Shown here: positions 1-10,572 of the stretch, piece by piece
Layout: the number at the start of each line of letters is the position of its first letter
Numbering within the stretch: position 1 is the first letter of the stretch
Assembly (NCBI GenBank): GCA_902610995.1
Contig: CACLXU010000001.1
Coordinates: forward strand, 47,207-111,206
Origin: an uncultured SAR86 cluster bacterium
Lineage (GTDB): Bacteria; Pseudomonadota; Gammaproteobacteria; Magnimaribacterales; TMED112
DNA: 64,000 nucleotides
Reading direction: 5' to 3'
The notes under the pieces: generated by a model
The model's input: the letters and a program-made list of their open reading frames with translations, nothing else
Database searches by the model: none
What the model was told of the DNA's origin: nothing
Made by a program: the position numbers and the translations under genes

Positions 1-1566
1 TGAGGCTCTATCAACCTTACATAAAATATCATCGGACATATAAGTCTTAAAATCGCTGATCATCATTTTATCAAGAATATCTTCGTTAGCATTTTCATTA
101 AAAGAACTTTCAATAATTTGGTTGTGGATGATCTTATTACTATAAATTTCATCTTCATCCCTCCATTCAGAGACCATAGAGTTGTAGAAGTCTAGATCTG
201 ATTCAATACCCTTAATCTTTCTTGCACCTTTCTCAAAGCGATCTTTAAAGGAACCAGATACAAGATTTGGTGCTATCTTATCAACAAGCCAGCCTATGCT
301 TGAACTTATCCCAGATTTTGAGAGATCATGCATGAAATTCTTTCCTACAGAGGGTATATTTGATATCAATTTGGAATATTTTTTTCCAAGCAGGTATCTG
401 TTATAACCACCAAAAAGCTCGTCTCCACAATCTCCAGTTAAAATTACTTTTACTTGTTCTGATGCCAAACTAGATATTAACATCGTGGGAATCTGTGAAG
501 AATCAGCAAAGGGTTCATCGTAAGCCATGTGAATTTTTTGTATTTCATTAAGTGCTAACTCTTTTGAACATACTAAGTTCTCCATCTTTAAACCTAAATG
601 TTCTGCAATTTTCTTAGCATATTTTGACTCATCAAAACTAGAAAACTCAAAACCAATATTAAAACATTTAATATCATTAGAATTCTTTGAGATAAGGCTA
701 GTTATCAAGCTTGAATCTATTCCACCTGAAAGAAATGTTCCAATTGGCACATCAGAGATTTGCTGCATTTTTGTTGAATTAAGGAGAGTTTCTCTAAGTC
801 TATCTTTCGCATCTTCCTTTGAAAGCCTCTTTTTCTCAATAGACGGAAGCTCCCACCAAGCACTAATATCAATATTACTGTAATCTTTAAAATCATTTAT
901 TTGCTTAATTTTCTTTAATATCAGTTTATTTAAATTAAAGTGCATCTTTGAACCAGCAGGAAGCTTAAAAGAGCTCTCATAGATGGAAGCAGGAGAAGGA
1001 ACATAACCATATCTAAGATACATACCCAACGAGTTTTGAGAAATTGTCGAGTCGAAATCTTTCAGTAGGCGACTTACTCTTAAATCTGAGGAAAATGAAA
1101 GAAAGGAGTTTGATGATGAGCAATACAGTGGCTTCTCTCCTGCCCGGTCCCTAAAAATTTGAACATCGCCCGTTTTTTCGTCAAGCAATACAAATGAAAA
1201 CATTCCTCTGATATCCTTCATAAATTTAGAGTAGTCGTATTGTTTAAATAGCTTTATAAGTGTTTCAGTGTCTGATGTGGTTCTGAATTCTTCATTCTTT
1301 AAGAACTTTTTTCTTAAATCGAGGTGGTTGTATATTTCACCATTAAATATAATGTGCAAATGGCCATCACTAAATGGTTGATTTGCATTCTCAGATAAAT
1401 CTAGAATTGAAAGTCTTGTATGTCCAAGCACTACATTAAAATCTCCGAGTTTATAGCGCCTTGCTGCTCTTGCATCAGGGCCTCTATTTTTCAGAATATC
1501 AAGTGACGAATTAACTACATCATCGCTGATTTCTTCTTTGGAAACAAAACAAAATATTCCACACAT
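1..1566 (-). CDS. asnB: Asparagine synthase (glutamine-hydrolysing)-family amidotransferase, polysaccharide-cluster type; 3' end runs off the window
   Basis: Translated by hand from ATG at 1566: MCGIFCF (Ntn Cys2), RGPD, HTRLSILDLS, FNGEIYNH, FLSGGIDSS, LTGDCGDELFGGY. Confidence 0.93.
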   Translation of the reverse strand, partial: MCGIFCFVSKEEISDDVVNSSLDILKNRGPDARAARRYKLGDFNVVLGHTRLSILDLSENANQPFSDGHLHIIFNGEIYNHLDLRKKFLKNEEFRTTSDTETLIKLFKQYDYSKFMKDIRGMFSFVLLDEKTGDVQIFRDRAGEKPLYCSSSNSFLSFSSDLRVSRLLKDFDSTISQNSLGMYLRYGYVPSPASIYESSFKLPAGSKMHFNLNKLILKKIKQINDFKDYSNIDISAWWELPSIEKKRLSKEDAKDRLRETLLNSTKMQQISDVPIGTFLSGGIDSSLITSLISKNSNDIKCFNIGFEFSSFDESKYAKKIAEHLGLKMENLVCSKELALNEIQKIHMAYDEPFADSSQIPTMLISSLASEQVKVILTGDCGDELFGGYNRYLLGKKYSKLISNIPSVGKNFMHDLSKSGISSSIGWLVDKIAPNLVSGSFKDRFEKGARKIKGIESDLDFYNSMVSEWRDEDEIYSNKIIHNQIIESSFNENANEDILDKMMISDFKTYMSDDILCKVDRAS

Positions 1567-2669
1567 TATTCTTCCAAAATTTTTAAATACTGCTTAAAAA
1601 TTTTATCTCCACTAAACTTATCGATTGAAAATTTTCTTGACGCTGATCCCATAACACCAATAATTGCTTGATTTTGTACAAAATGCTCCATTTTCCTCAA
1701 AATATCTCTTGAAGAACGAATCTTAATAAAAAATCCATTATAACCATCTTCTAAACATTCCTTACACCCCGGTACTTCCGTCAGAATCAAGGGCATACCA
1801 CTTAGTGATGCTTCTATTGCTGCTCTGGGCAATCCCTCCCGGTATGAAGGCAAAACGAATATATCGTATTCTTTATAAAGTTTTATGACTGCGTTTTGTT
1901 TTATATCTCCAAAAAATCTTATTTGTTGAGATTCATAATTCTCTTTTAAGTGATCAATATCCAAATTTGCAGGATTATTTTGATCAATGCCTCCCACTAT
2001 TCCAATTGATACTCGATCTTTATACTTATTGGCTAAATCTTTAGAAGCATCTAGAAATTCGATAAGACCTTTATCAGATAGAAGTCTACCCACAAAGAGA
2101 AATTTAATTATTGATAAATCTTTCTTTGGACTATTATCAATAAACTGGTGATGATCGATGCCATTTCCATAAATTATTCTAAGACTCTCTTCTTTGAAGC
2201 CTTTAGATATAAAGAAATCATAATCATCTTGGTTTTGTACTATGCATATTGAACTACAAATAGATACTGAAGATTTCAAAATCATTAGGTAAATTGATCT
2301 TATAATTTTAATCAAAAAATTTTTACTGATGAATAAATAACCAAGGCCAGAAAATACGTAAATAAATTTTTTTCTATAAAACAAAAAGGAATTAAATATC
2401 CCGATGAGAATCAACCTAGTTGAAACAAAAAATACTTTTTTTTCATTTGTGTTCTTAAGAATTTTAAATGCTTTAATAAAATCTTGAAAAATCTTAAAAA
2501 TATTCAAGGAAGCATCCGAAATATTTGCATTTATGAATGTTATATTTTTTGAAATGTCGGCTGATTCGTTCATTTTACAAACAACAAATATTTTTTTGTG
2601 TTTAGCAAGAAATTCAATTAATTCTCTTCTGTGAGTCTTAAAAAAAGAGTAACTGCTTATAAAAAACAT
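1566..2669 (-). CDS. Glycosyltransferase family 4
   Basis: FVGRLLSDKG and PSYREGLPRAAIEA (EX7E) GT-B motifs. Confidence 0.93.
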   Translation of the reverse strand: MFFISSYSFFKTHRRELIEFLAKHKKIFVVCKMNESADISKNITFINANISDASLNIFKIFQDFIKAFKILKNTNEKKVFFVSTRLILIGIFNSFLFYRKKFIYVFSGLGYLFISKNFLIKIIRSIYLMILKSSVSICSSICIVQNQDDYDFFISKGFKEESLRIIYGNGIDHHQFIDNSPKKDLSIIKFLFVGRLLSDKGLIEFLDASKDLANKYKDRVSIGIVGGIDQNNPANLDIDHLKENYESQQIRFFGDIKQNAVIKLYKEYDIFVLPSYREGLPRAAIEASLSGMPLILTEVPGCKECLEDGYNGFFIKIRSSRDILRKMEHFVQNQAIIGVMGSASRKFSIDKFSGDKIFKQYLKILEE

Positions 2670-3850
2670 TAGTTTCTCGCACGCTTATTTTCTGAAATGA
2701 GAAAGATGAAAAATATAATGAATGGAAAATAAATGGAAAAGCGATACCTTGAAAAGGTTCCATAATTTGATGCTATAAATCCATAAAGCAGTGCAGTAGC
2801 GAGCAAACCAATAGAGAATATTAGAAATGTTTTTTTATCAATACCAAAATAATCAAGCCTGGAGATGAAATACACAAAAAAACCATATAGCGCTAAGACC
2901 TCTAAAAATACAGCTACACCAAATAAACCTCCTGCCTCAAAAGGTAACGGTCTTATAAGAAAGTCTACGAATGAGGGTATAAGGTCAGATAGGAAAGCAA
3001 AGTAACCATCGTTTATGTTAAAAGTGTATTCCAATTCTCCTCCTCCATCTTCAACATGAAAAGCTAACTTGTATAGATCTAAGTATGGTATGTAGTAGTC
3101 ATAAAGTATGAAGCTCATTGCTAACAGCAAAATAGAATAAAGCGCGATTCTAAAATAATTCTTTTGCAAATTTAAAAAGTATCCAATAGCAATCACTATT
3201 AACCCAGGCACATTTTGAATTTTAATGAAAAAAAGGAGCAGAATTGAAATAAATGTCAGCATGTACTTTTTTTTGTACATAAAAATTAGTGCGAGAGTAG
3301 CAAATATAATTATGGGAATTTCTCTTAAAGATAGTGAACTATAAAGTAGGAAGCTTGGAATAATGAGTGTGAAGGTAATCAATTTTTTGTCGGCAATTTT
3401 ATATAAGTAGCAATAAAAAATAAGTAACAGAAATTTGTTAATGAAGGCTCCTGAGACAACTGTCATAGTTGAAAAAATTGGAACATATGACCAGATTGTC
3501 GCCACAAGATATACCGTACTTACTGTGCTGAATCCAAATTTGTCGAGAAATTTGTCTGGAATATCTGCTCCTTGATGAACAAAATTTAAGACGCCCATAT
3601 ATCTGAATTGATCCCCCATATATCCTGGATCAAATAACAAATAATTAAAGAAAAATGGTGTTATTAGAAATATAAGCCAAATTATGAAATATTCTTTTGG
3701 AATAAGTTTTATTCGAACAAAGATAATTAAGAAAAGAACTAATAATAAATAGTTTGAAAGCTCTGATAGAAAGTACTCTAATGAATATCCGGAAAAAAAA
3801 CCCAAAGCTTGATCAACATTAAAGATGTTAGTTACATCAACGTTAAACAA
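2669..3850 (-). CDS. Polytopic membrane protein, putative Wzy-type polysaccharide polymerase
   Basis: About 10 hydrophobic segments; SLSLRE and NYGTFSRYR motifs; lies next to a Wzz-like gene. Confidence 0.6.
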   Translation of the reverse strand: MFNVDVTNIFNVDQALGFFSGYSLEYFLSELSNYLLLVLFLIIFVRIKLIPKEYFIIWLIFLITPFFFNYLLFDPGYMGDQFRYMGVLNFVHQGADIPDKFLDKFGFSTVSTVYLVATIWSYVPIFSTMTVVSGAFINKFLLLIFYCYLYKIADKKLITFTLIIPSFLLYSSLSLREIPIIIFATLALIFMYKKKYMLTFISILLLFFIKIQNVPGLIVIAIGYFLNLQKNYFRIALYSILLLAMSFILYDYYIPYLDLYKLAFHVEDGGGELEYTFNINDGYFAFLSDLIPSFVDFLIRPLPFEAGGLFGVAVFLEVLALYGFFVYFISRLDYFGIDKKTFLIFSIGLLATALLYGFIASNYGTFSRYRFSIYFPFIIFFIFLISENKRARN

Positions 3851-4733
3851 TATATCTTCTCAAGTAGGTTATAAGTACCGAGCCTGCCCAAGAAATAAAC
3901 ACAAAAGCAATAAAAACAAAGCTTGGTGAAGTTATGCGTGGATTTTCATGTATGAAAGGCTCTTCAATCACTTCAAAATATAATAATCCATCGCCACTTA
4001 ATAGACTTTTTTCAAGTAAGTTTTGCCTTACCAATGAATTAAGCGAGCTTCTAGCATCTCTATCCATAGTTTCCTTAGCCTCTTCTCTCAAAAAATCCAT
4101 TTTAGCGTTTATTGAAATAAGCTTTCTTTCCTTAATAAATTCATCCGTGACCTTTACGAGCCTCTTTAAAAGAGAAAGGTCTCTCTCAGGAGAAGTCGTA
4201 TCAATATATAAAATGTAAAGATCCTTGGTGCTTTTATCCCTTAGAAAGTTTACTTTCCCATTAATTAAGTTTTTTAAATCATTGTGATTGTATGAACGTT
4301 TTGGTTCCAAGTTAAATATAAAATTATTAAAACTTTGCCCAAATGTAGAATTGTATCTATAAATATCATCTTCCTCATCATACGCAAAACTATAGTAAAC
4401 TTTATTAAAACCCTCATCCCAAAGCTTTTTAGCAACTTGTGAAGAGTTAAGCTGCCAAAAAAACATATCAAAGTTTTTTGAACTTTCTTGAACGCTAAAA
4501 AGATTTGATAAAGCACTATCTTGAAGGGAAACAGTCGATTCCTGAACTTCATTAAGCTTTGTTTCAACTCTGTAAACTGGATCAAGAGATGTAAGATAGA
4601 AAAAAGCAAGAACTGCAGATACTCCTACGAGAATCAAATTTAGTTTTATTTTTTCAAAAAAAATAGAGAAAAGGCTTTTTATTACGCCAATAATGCTTTC
4701 GTTGCCTAAGAAGGAGCTTGATTCACTTTTCAC
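3843..4733 (-). CDS. wzz: Wzz-like polysaccharide chain-length determinant
   Basis: N- and C-terminal TM helices flanking a periplasmic coiled-coil region; Pro-rich motif (IEEPFIHENPRITSP) before TM2. Confidence 0.75.
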   Translation of the reverse strand: MKSESSSFLGNESIIGVIKSLFSIFFEKIKLNLILVGVSAVLAFFYLTSLDPVYRVETKLNEVQESTVSLQDSALSNLFSVQESSKNFDMFFWQLNSSQVAKKLWDEGFNKVYYSFAYDEEDDIYRYNSTFGQSFNNFIFNLEPKRSYNHNDLKNLINGKVNFLRDKSTKDLYILYIDTTSPERDLSLLKRLVKVTDEFIKERKLISINAKMDFLREEAKETMDRDARSSLNSLVRQNLLEKSLLSGDGLLYFEVIEEPFIHENPRITSPSFVFIAFVFISWAGSVLITYLRRYIV

Positions 4734-4740
4734 TGATGAG

Positions 4741-4749
4741 ATTGTAGCA
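4741..4749 (-). promoter_or_regulatory. Extended -10 element (TG-C-TACAAT) 7 nt upstream of the wzz GTG; candidate leaderless promoter
   Basis: Motif read directly; no SD sequence present. Confidence 0.5.
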
Positions 4750-4757
4750 ACAATTTA

Positions 4758-5831
4758 TCAACTTGTTAATTCTAAATACTGCTTTGAAGCCTCATCAATA
4801 GAGAATTTCTTCGATCGCTCAATTAAAACTTCTGGAGAAATTGGATTTTCAATTCTAAATTTTATTGCCTTTGCCATTGCTTCATAATTTCCAACTTCAA
4901 CTAGTGAACCAAATTTTCCATTATCAAGAATTTCTGATGGCCCATGTGGTGTATCTGTTGAGACAACATTCTTGCCACATGATATTGCTTCAAGAATAGC
5001 CATCGAAAATCCTTCAAAATTTGAGGAATGAACTAATAAATCTGCATCAACTAAGTGCTTGAAAATATTCTTTTTGAACCCCAGGAAAGATATATTATCT
5101 AGGAGTTTTAAAGTTTTAGCCTCATTCCTGAGCAATTCAAGATTTGGTCCATCACCAATGATTTTTAGCTTAATCTTAATTCCATCTTCTTTTAGTAGGG
5201 CCAATGCTTTAAATGTCGTTTGGTAGTCTTTGTCGTCACTTAATCTTCCAATTGAAATAATTTCAATATTTCCAGGTTGTACTTTGCTGGGCTTGGGGAT
5301 TGTGGGGAAGGCTTGAAGACCATTGTAAATGGTATGTATTTTTCGCTTATCGACATATGAAATTTTATTTATTGAGTTGGCTACTCCTTTTGAAACACAA
5401 ACTACACCATCTGCAAAGCCATAAAATATTTTCATTGAGAGTGAAATCTTCCCAAGATTGGTTTTCATTATATTTTTAGCATTTCTTTCATTAAAAGAAG
5501 TGTGTTCTACCAAAAAAAGCTTTCCTAATCTGCCTGAGAAAATCCATGAAATAATTGAAATTATTGTAAGAGGCCACATTGCTGTATAAATTCTGTCTGC
5601 TTTCTCCTCATCAATAACTTTTTTTAGGGGAAAAATTAGATCTCTTATTTTTCTACAATTTAGATGGATTACATTGATTCTTTTATCTATTTCAAATGGG
5701 CTATCTGGTGTTATGAGCCCTGAACAAATAGTTACTTCATGACCGTTTTTAACCCAATTATTTGCGAGAGAAATATGAACCTTCTCTGCTCCTCCGCCTC
5801 CTAGATTTGGAAGTATGACTAATATTTTCAT
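4758..5831 (-). CDS. Glycosyltransferase family 4 (PglJ-like)
   Basis: LGGGGAEK N-terminus; IGRL..DKD; SSNFEGFSMAILEA. Confidence 0.93.
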   Translation of the reverse strand: MKILVILPNLGGGGAEKVHISLANNWVKNGHEVTICSGLITPDSPFEIDKRINVIHLNCRKIRDLIFPLKKVIDEEKADRIYTAMWPLTIISIISWIFSGRLGKLFLVEHTSFNERNAKNIMKTNLGKISLSMKIFYGFADGVVCVSKGVANSINKISYVDKRKIHTIYNGLQAFPTIPKPSKVQPGNIEIISIGRLSDDKDYQTTFKALALLKEDGIKIKLKIIGDGPNLELLRNEAKTLKLLDNISFLGFKKNIFKHLVDADLLVHSSNFEGFSMAILEAISCGKNVVSTDTPHGPSEILDNGKFGSLVEVGNYEAMAKAIKFRIENPISPEVLIERSKKFSIDEASKQYLELTS

Positions 5832-5836
5832 TTAGT

Positions 5837-5923
5837 TGGTGCCCAGGGCCGGACTTGAACCGGCACGAAGTTTCCTTCGAGGGATTTTAAGTCCCTTGTG
5901 TCTACCAATTTCACCACCTGGGC
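5837..5923 (-). tRNA. tRNA-Leu (anticodon UAA), CCA encoded
   Basis: Acceptor stem GCCCAGG/CCTGGGC; anticodon arm AGGGA-CTTAAAA-TCCCT; long variable arm CGAAG-GAAA-CTTCG; T-loop GTTCAAGT. Confidence 0.97.
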
Positions 5924-5935
5924 AAATAAGAGCAA

Positions 5936-6787
5936 CTAATCAATTACTGCTCGCCCTTTTAATTTCTCCCAGTCCTTTTCAGGCCTTACTTCTAAATTTG
6001 TTTTCCATGCACCCTTAACAACATTTAAGTCAAGATTATTTTTTTCTGCAAAGTTAATTAATGCTTGAATATCTTTTGGAAAACAACTGCCTCCAAAGCC
6101 CAATTTACCATCGTGTCCTGGAACATTTGTATGTGAACTGCCTACCCTTCCATCTCTAATAAATCCTTCAATAACTTTTTCCCAATCAGCATCGATAGAA
6201 TCTGATATAAGTTTCATTTCATTGAGGAAGGATACTTTAGTTGCAAAATAAATATTGCAAACATATTTTATAAGCTCTGCAGTTTGAAAATTAGTTTCAA
6301 TTATTGCTATAGACTCACCAAATCTATCTTTGTATAAATCCGCAACTTCTGATGTATCTTTATCTTTGCCTCCTAAGATATATCTAGTTTGTGACAAGAA
6401 ATCAAATGTTGCAGATCTCTCTGTTAGAAATTCAGGATTAAATACAATCCTTAATTTCGGAAATTTATTTTGAATATCTTCACAAGTTCCTGGAACTACT
6501 GTTGATCGAACTAAAACTATTGGACTGTTATCCTTTAATGCATCCTCTATTTCAGAAATACATGCATAAAGAATGTCTAAGCTGATGCTGCCATCTTTAT
6601 TGGAGGGAGTTGGAACTGAAACAAAAATAAAATCACTTTTATTAACAACATCATCTAAACTATCAACGGATTTAAGAGGATCTTTGTCATAAACAAGCAC
6701 ATTCGCGTTATACCCTACTGCAGGTGAGAAACCATGAGCAACTGCGCTTCCGACAAAACCCTTCCCTACAACACCTATATTTTTCAT
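5936..6787 (-). CDS. UDP-glucose/GDP-mannose dehydrogenase family protein, short form lacking the C-terminal domain
   Basis: GKGFVG, VSVPTP, RSTVVPG, FNPEFL, AELIKY, GFGGSCFPKD (catalytic Cys); only 283 aa. Confidence 0.85.
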   Translation of the reverse strand: MKNIGVVGKGFVGSAVAHGFSPAVGYNANVLVYDKDPLKSVDSLDDVVNKSDFIFVSVPTPSNKDGSISLDILYACISEIEDALKDNSPIVLVRSTVVPGTCEDIQNKFPKLRIVFNPEFLTERSATFDFLSQTRYILGGKDKDTSEVADLYKDRFGESIAIIETNFQTAELIKYVCNIYFATKVSFLNEMKLISDSIDADWEKVIEGFIRDGRVGSSHTNVPGHDGKLGFGGSCFPKDIQALINFAEKNNLDLNVVKGAWKTNLEVRPEKDWEKLKGRAVID

Positions 6788-6982
6788 ATCTCTCCAAAAA
6801 TAAAGTCAATATATTATCTGATATCGCCTGAAAAAACTAATGATAATAGTTAATTTAATTATCTCAGCTTTAAAAAAACCATATTTCTATAATTTATTAT
6901 CTTTCTAAAAGAAAGCTTTTAAAAGTGATACTATTTCTAATATTGGCAAAAATGATATTATTTACGTTTTTTAGGGATAAAT

Positions 6983-7963
6983 TTGAGTAAAAAAATTGTA
7001 ATTACAGGGGGATGTGGTTTTATTGGTTCACATCTTGTCGAGCTTTTATCCGAAAGCAATGAAGTTATTGCATTCGATAGATATAACAGTGAATCAGACC
7101 ATTACTGGCTGACTAATTCAAAATTTAAAGACAGGTTTAGTGTTGTTCTTGGAGATATTAGAGACTATGACTCTGTTCAAAGTGTTTTGAAAGGTGCAGA
7201 TGTTGTGATTCACATGGCAGCACTAATTGGTATTCCTTATTCATATGTTTCACCATTAGCCTACATCAGAACAAATGTTGAAGGGACTTATAATGTCTTG
7301 CAAGCATCTAAAGAGCTTGAACTAGATCAGGTAATGATTACAAGCACGAGCGAAACTTATGGTACTGCACAGTACGTACCAATGGATGAAGATCATCCGA
7401 AAGTTGGTCAGTCACCCTATAGTGCAAGCAAAATATCTGCTGACCAAATTGCGATAAGTTACTATAGATCATTTGATTTACCAGTCACAATAGTAAGGCC
7501 TTTCAATACATATGGTCCTAGACAATCCTCGAGAGCAGTCATACCAAATATTGTTTCACAGATATTAACCAATAATGGGGAGGTAAATTTAGGAAACATC
7601 TCTCCAACTAGAGATTTTACCTTTGTTGAAGATACATGTAGTGCATTTGAATCAATCATTGGATGTAACAAGTTAATTGGTGAAGAAGTAAATATTGGCA
7701 CTAATTCAGAAATTAGCATAAGAGATCTTGTAGAAGAAATTTCAAATATTATCGGCATCGAAGCAAAAATAGTTGAGGATGATCAGAGAATGAGAGCTGA
7801 GAAATCAGAAGTTGATAGACTTGTTTGCAAAAATGAAAAGCTTCTTGCCTGTACAAGCTGGAAACCGAAACATAGTCTTGAACAAGGATTAATAAAGACA
7901 ATTGATTGGATAAAAAAAGTTGATTCAGATAAATTAAAAAATATGAGTCAGTACAATGTCTAA
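6983..7963 (+). CDS. legB: NDP-GlcNAc 4,6-dehydratase, LegB type
   Basis: GGCGFIG, HMAALIGIPYSY, TSTSETYG, QSPYSASK, RPFNTYGPRQS. Confidence 0.85.
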   Translation: MSKKIVITGGCGFIGSHLVELLSESNEVIAFDRYNSESDHYWLTNSKFKDRFSVVLGDIRDYDSVQSVLKGADVVIHMAALIGIPYSYVSPLAYIRTNVEGTYNVLQASKELELDQVMITSTSETYGTAQYVPMDEDHPKVGQSPYSASKISADQIAISYYRSFDLPVTIVRPFNTYGPRQSSRAVIPNIVSQILTNNGEVNLGNISPTRDFTFVEDTCSAFESIIGCNKLIGEEVNIGTNSEISIRDLVEEISNIIGIEAKIVEDDQRMRAEKSEVDRLVCKNEKLLACTSWKPKHSLEQGLIKTIDWIKKVDSDKLKNMSQYNV

Positions 7964-9086
7964 AGTAATTCCGTTATCAGAACCAAACTTTTCTAAAGAA
8001 GATCGAAAACTGTTATTAGAATCATTTGATTCGACTTTTATATCTTCCTCAGGAAAATTTTTAGATAAATTTGAAGATAAAATTGCAAAATTGACAAGAT
8101 CTGAATGTTGCACCTTAACCACTAATGGTACTTCCGCTATACACTTAGGTTTAAAAGCATTAGGCGTAAAGGAGGGTGATGAGGTAATTTGTCCTTCATT
8201 GACCTTCATTGCATCCATCAATCCAATTTTATATTTAAATGCTAGCCCAATCTTCATGGATTCAGATGAATATTTTTGTATGGATCTTGAAAAACTTAAA
8301 CATTTCTTAACCAAACATACTTATACAAACAAAATGGGAACATTTAATAAAATCACAAAAAAAAGAATATCTTCATTGATCCTTGTGCATGTCTGGGGAA
8401 ATGCTGGAAAAGCTATTGAGATTGTGAAGGAGTGTAAAAAAAGAAAAATTAAAGTGCTCGAGGATGCAACAGAATCTTTAGGAACAAAAATTAAAAAAGA
8501 AAATTTGTATACAGGAACCATCGGCGATGTTGGCTGTTATTCCTTCAATGGGAATAAAATTATCACTGCTGGCGGGGGTGGTGCTGTTGTTTCAAAAAAT
8601 AAAAATTTAATCAATAAAATTAAATTTTGGTCAACCCAATCAAAGAGTGATCCATTCAACTATATACATAATGAGCTAGGGTTTAATTATAGGCTTAGTA
8701 ACATGCAAGCAGCTATAGGCTTATCACAACTTAAAAGATTGAGAAAAATAATTAATCAAAAGAAGGAGTTACGTAAATATACAGAAAAGGCCCTCCACTC
8801 AAAAGGATATAAGCTGTATGAACTGCCTCCGTACTCTGATAATAACTGCTGGCTTTTTGTCATGAAATGTAAATCCTCTGAAAGAATGAAGCTTCTAAAT
8901 AAACTCAATTCAAACAATGTGATGGCAAGGCCTGTTTGGGGTTTGTGCCATAAACAAAGATATACAAAACAATTTCAAAGTTTTGAAATAGAGAAATCTG
9001 AAAAACTTTTAAAAGAGTCAATATGCTTACCATCATCTTCTGGGCTGACAAAAGCTCAAATAAACTTTTATGTTAATTTGCTTTAA
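7956..9086 (+). CDS. legC: PLP-dependent DegT/LegC-type sugar aminotransferase
   Basis: NGTSAIHLGL, EDATESLG, SFNGNKIITAGGGG, GFNYRLSN. Confidence 0.85.
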   Translation: MSKVIPLSEPNFSKEDRKLLLESFDSTFISSSGKFLDKFEDKIAKLTRSECCTLTTNGTSAIHLGLKALGVKEGDEVICPSLTFIASINPILYLNASPIFMDSDEYFCMDLEKLKHFLTKHTYTNKMGTFNKITKKRISSLILVHVWGNAGKAIEIVKECKKRKIKVLEDATESLGTKIKKENLYTGTIGDVGCYSFNGNKIITAGGGGAVVSKNKNLINKIKFWSTQSKSDPFNYIHNELGFNYRLSNMQAAIGLSQLKRLRKIINQKKELRKYTEKALHSKGYKLYELPPYSDNNCWLFVMKCKSSERMKLLNKLNSNNVMARPVWGLCHKQRYTKQFQSFEIEKSEKLLKESICLPSSSGLTKAQINFYVNLL

Positions 9087-9813
9087 TGTCTTTTATTGCA
9101 TCCTGAAAGTAAGACTTTAAAGCTGCTGAATCATTATAGAAGGCAATAAAATCATAACCAATATCTGAAAGAATTTTTGCATATTCAACATCCTTTGCCA
9201 TGCTTCCTACCATTACACCATTAGCTTGAATAATTTCCTTTGTATCTTTCAAAAGCTTTAGTATTTTTGGATCTGTAAGATTGTCAACCATCCCTATAGT
9301 CTTTGCTAAATCAAATAAGCCAATGTAAATCAAATCTATTCCTTGAACTTTTGAAATTTCTGCAATGTTTTTTATTCCCTCTTCGCCTTCAACTAAGAGT
9401 CCAAGAAATTGATTTTCATTTGCATGAGAAAGGGAATCACTAAGATTTTGATCTGAAAAATTATGTTGTCTTGTGTATGGTGATAGCCCTCTACTGCCTT
9501 CGGGGGGATATTTTACAGATTCAACTACTTTCTTGGCGTCATTTGCTGAAGAAATATGAGGTACCATTAGTGCATTTGATCCTGCTTCTAAGATTCTAAG
9601 CAAGTGCTGTTTATCATCATTAGATGACCGAATTATAGCTTGCTTACCTCTGGCCTCACACGCGCGGACCATATTTTCCATTCCTGCAAAACTTACAGAG
9701 CTATGTTCTTCATCAATGATGACAAAATCTAGATCAGTACTACATATTACATCTACGGCATTCACAGAGTTAAGTGAACACCATGTACCAAATCTTTGTT
9801 TAAAGTTACCCAT
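9073..9813 (-). CDS. HpcH/HpaI class II pyruvate aldolase family
   Basis: DFVIIDEEHS, LMVPHI, KYPPEGSRG, LVEG..G, IYIGLFDL. Confidence 0.88.
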   Translation of the reverse strand: MGNFKQRFGTWCSLNSVNAVDVICSTDLDFVIIDEEHSSVSFAGMENMVRACEARGKQAIIRSSNDDKQHLLRILEAGSNALMVPHISSANDAKKVVESVKYPPEGSRGLSPYTRQHNFSDQNLSDSLSHANENQFLGLLVEGEEGIKNIAEISKVQGIDLIYIGLFDLAKTIGMVDNLTDPKILKLLKDTKEIIQANGVMVGSMAKDVEYAKILSDIGYDFIAFYNDSAALKSYFQDAIKDIKAN

Positions 9814-10572
9814 TTATTTGTACCCTGACAGAAAAATATCGTCATTTTTCATTAACTTTTCTGCTTCCATTCTATCATTTTCATTATCAACTGACTTTGT
9901 TTTAAACTTTGTCTCAACCATCCTTACTTTAAAACCATGCTGAATTGCTCGATTCATTTCAATTGATTCTTGTAATTCAAGTGTTGTTGGGTGTAATTCA
10001 TTATTGAATTTCTTCATAAACCCCCACTGAAATGGCATAACACACACTTGCTTAAAAAATTTAGTTCGAACTTCTTCGTGGTCTTGAGAGGGTATTGGAG
10101 CTCTAGACATATAAAGGGCATTCATATCATTATCACAAACAACTTTAATTTCTGCTGGATCATTAAGATCTTCGATATCGGCCTCGTAACATCCATTAGA
10201 GACAAATACTTCTCCAGAAACAACTGGTTCCAGAACACTGTCTATCATTTCTGGCCTAATAAGAGGCTCATCGCCTTGTAAAACAACAACAATGTCGTCA
10301 TCGTTAAGATTTAGACTTTCTGCCGCCTCTGCCACTCTAAGACCTGGCCTAGTAATATTTTTATTCGTATCAATATAATTTCCTTCGAACCGAGCTACTT
10401 CAGTCTGGATTTCTTTATCGCACCCGGCGACAAATATTTCTGATGCAACTTGAGATAAGCACGATCTCTTATAACAATGCTCAATCATTGTATGATCAAG
10501 AATTTTGCATAAAGGCTTTCCAGGGAATCTTGTTGAACCCATTCTTGCTGGAATGCCTATTACTACTCTCAT
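9814..10572 (-). CDS. KdsB-like CMP-ulosonic acid cytidylyltransferase
   Basis: IPARMGSTRFPGKPL, LQGDEPL, ALYMSRAPIP, LELQESIEMNRAI, SVD. Confidence 0.88.
   Translation of the reverse strand: MRVVIGIPARMGSTRFPGKPLCKILDHTMIEHCYKRSCLSQVASEIFVAGCDKEIQTEVARFEGNYIDTNKNITRPGLRVAEAAESLNLNDDDIVVVLQGDEPLIRPEMIDSVLEPVVSGEVFVSNGCYEADIEDLNDPAEIKVVCDNDMNALYMSRAPIPSQDHEEVRTKFFKQVCVMPFQWGFMKKFNNELHPTTLELQESIEMNRAIQHGFKVRMVETKFKTKSVDNENDRMEAEKLMKNDDIFLSGYK

Noticed and set aside
5836..6018. 60-aa plus-strand ORF (MVPRAGLEPAR...)
   Set aside because: It is the antisense reading of tRNA-Leu, a classic spurious ORF.
9814..10572. Naming this gene housekeeping kdsB
   Set aside because: It lies in an accessory inverted cassette without lpxK/msbA/kdsA context, and the usual SGTDR-like motif is replaced by RPGLRV, so the substrate is uncertain.
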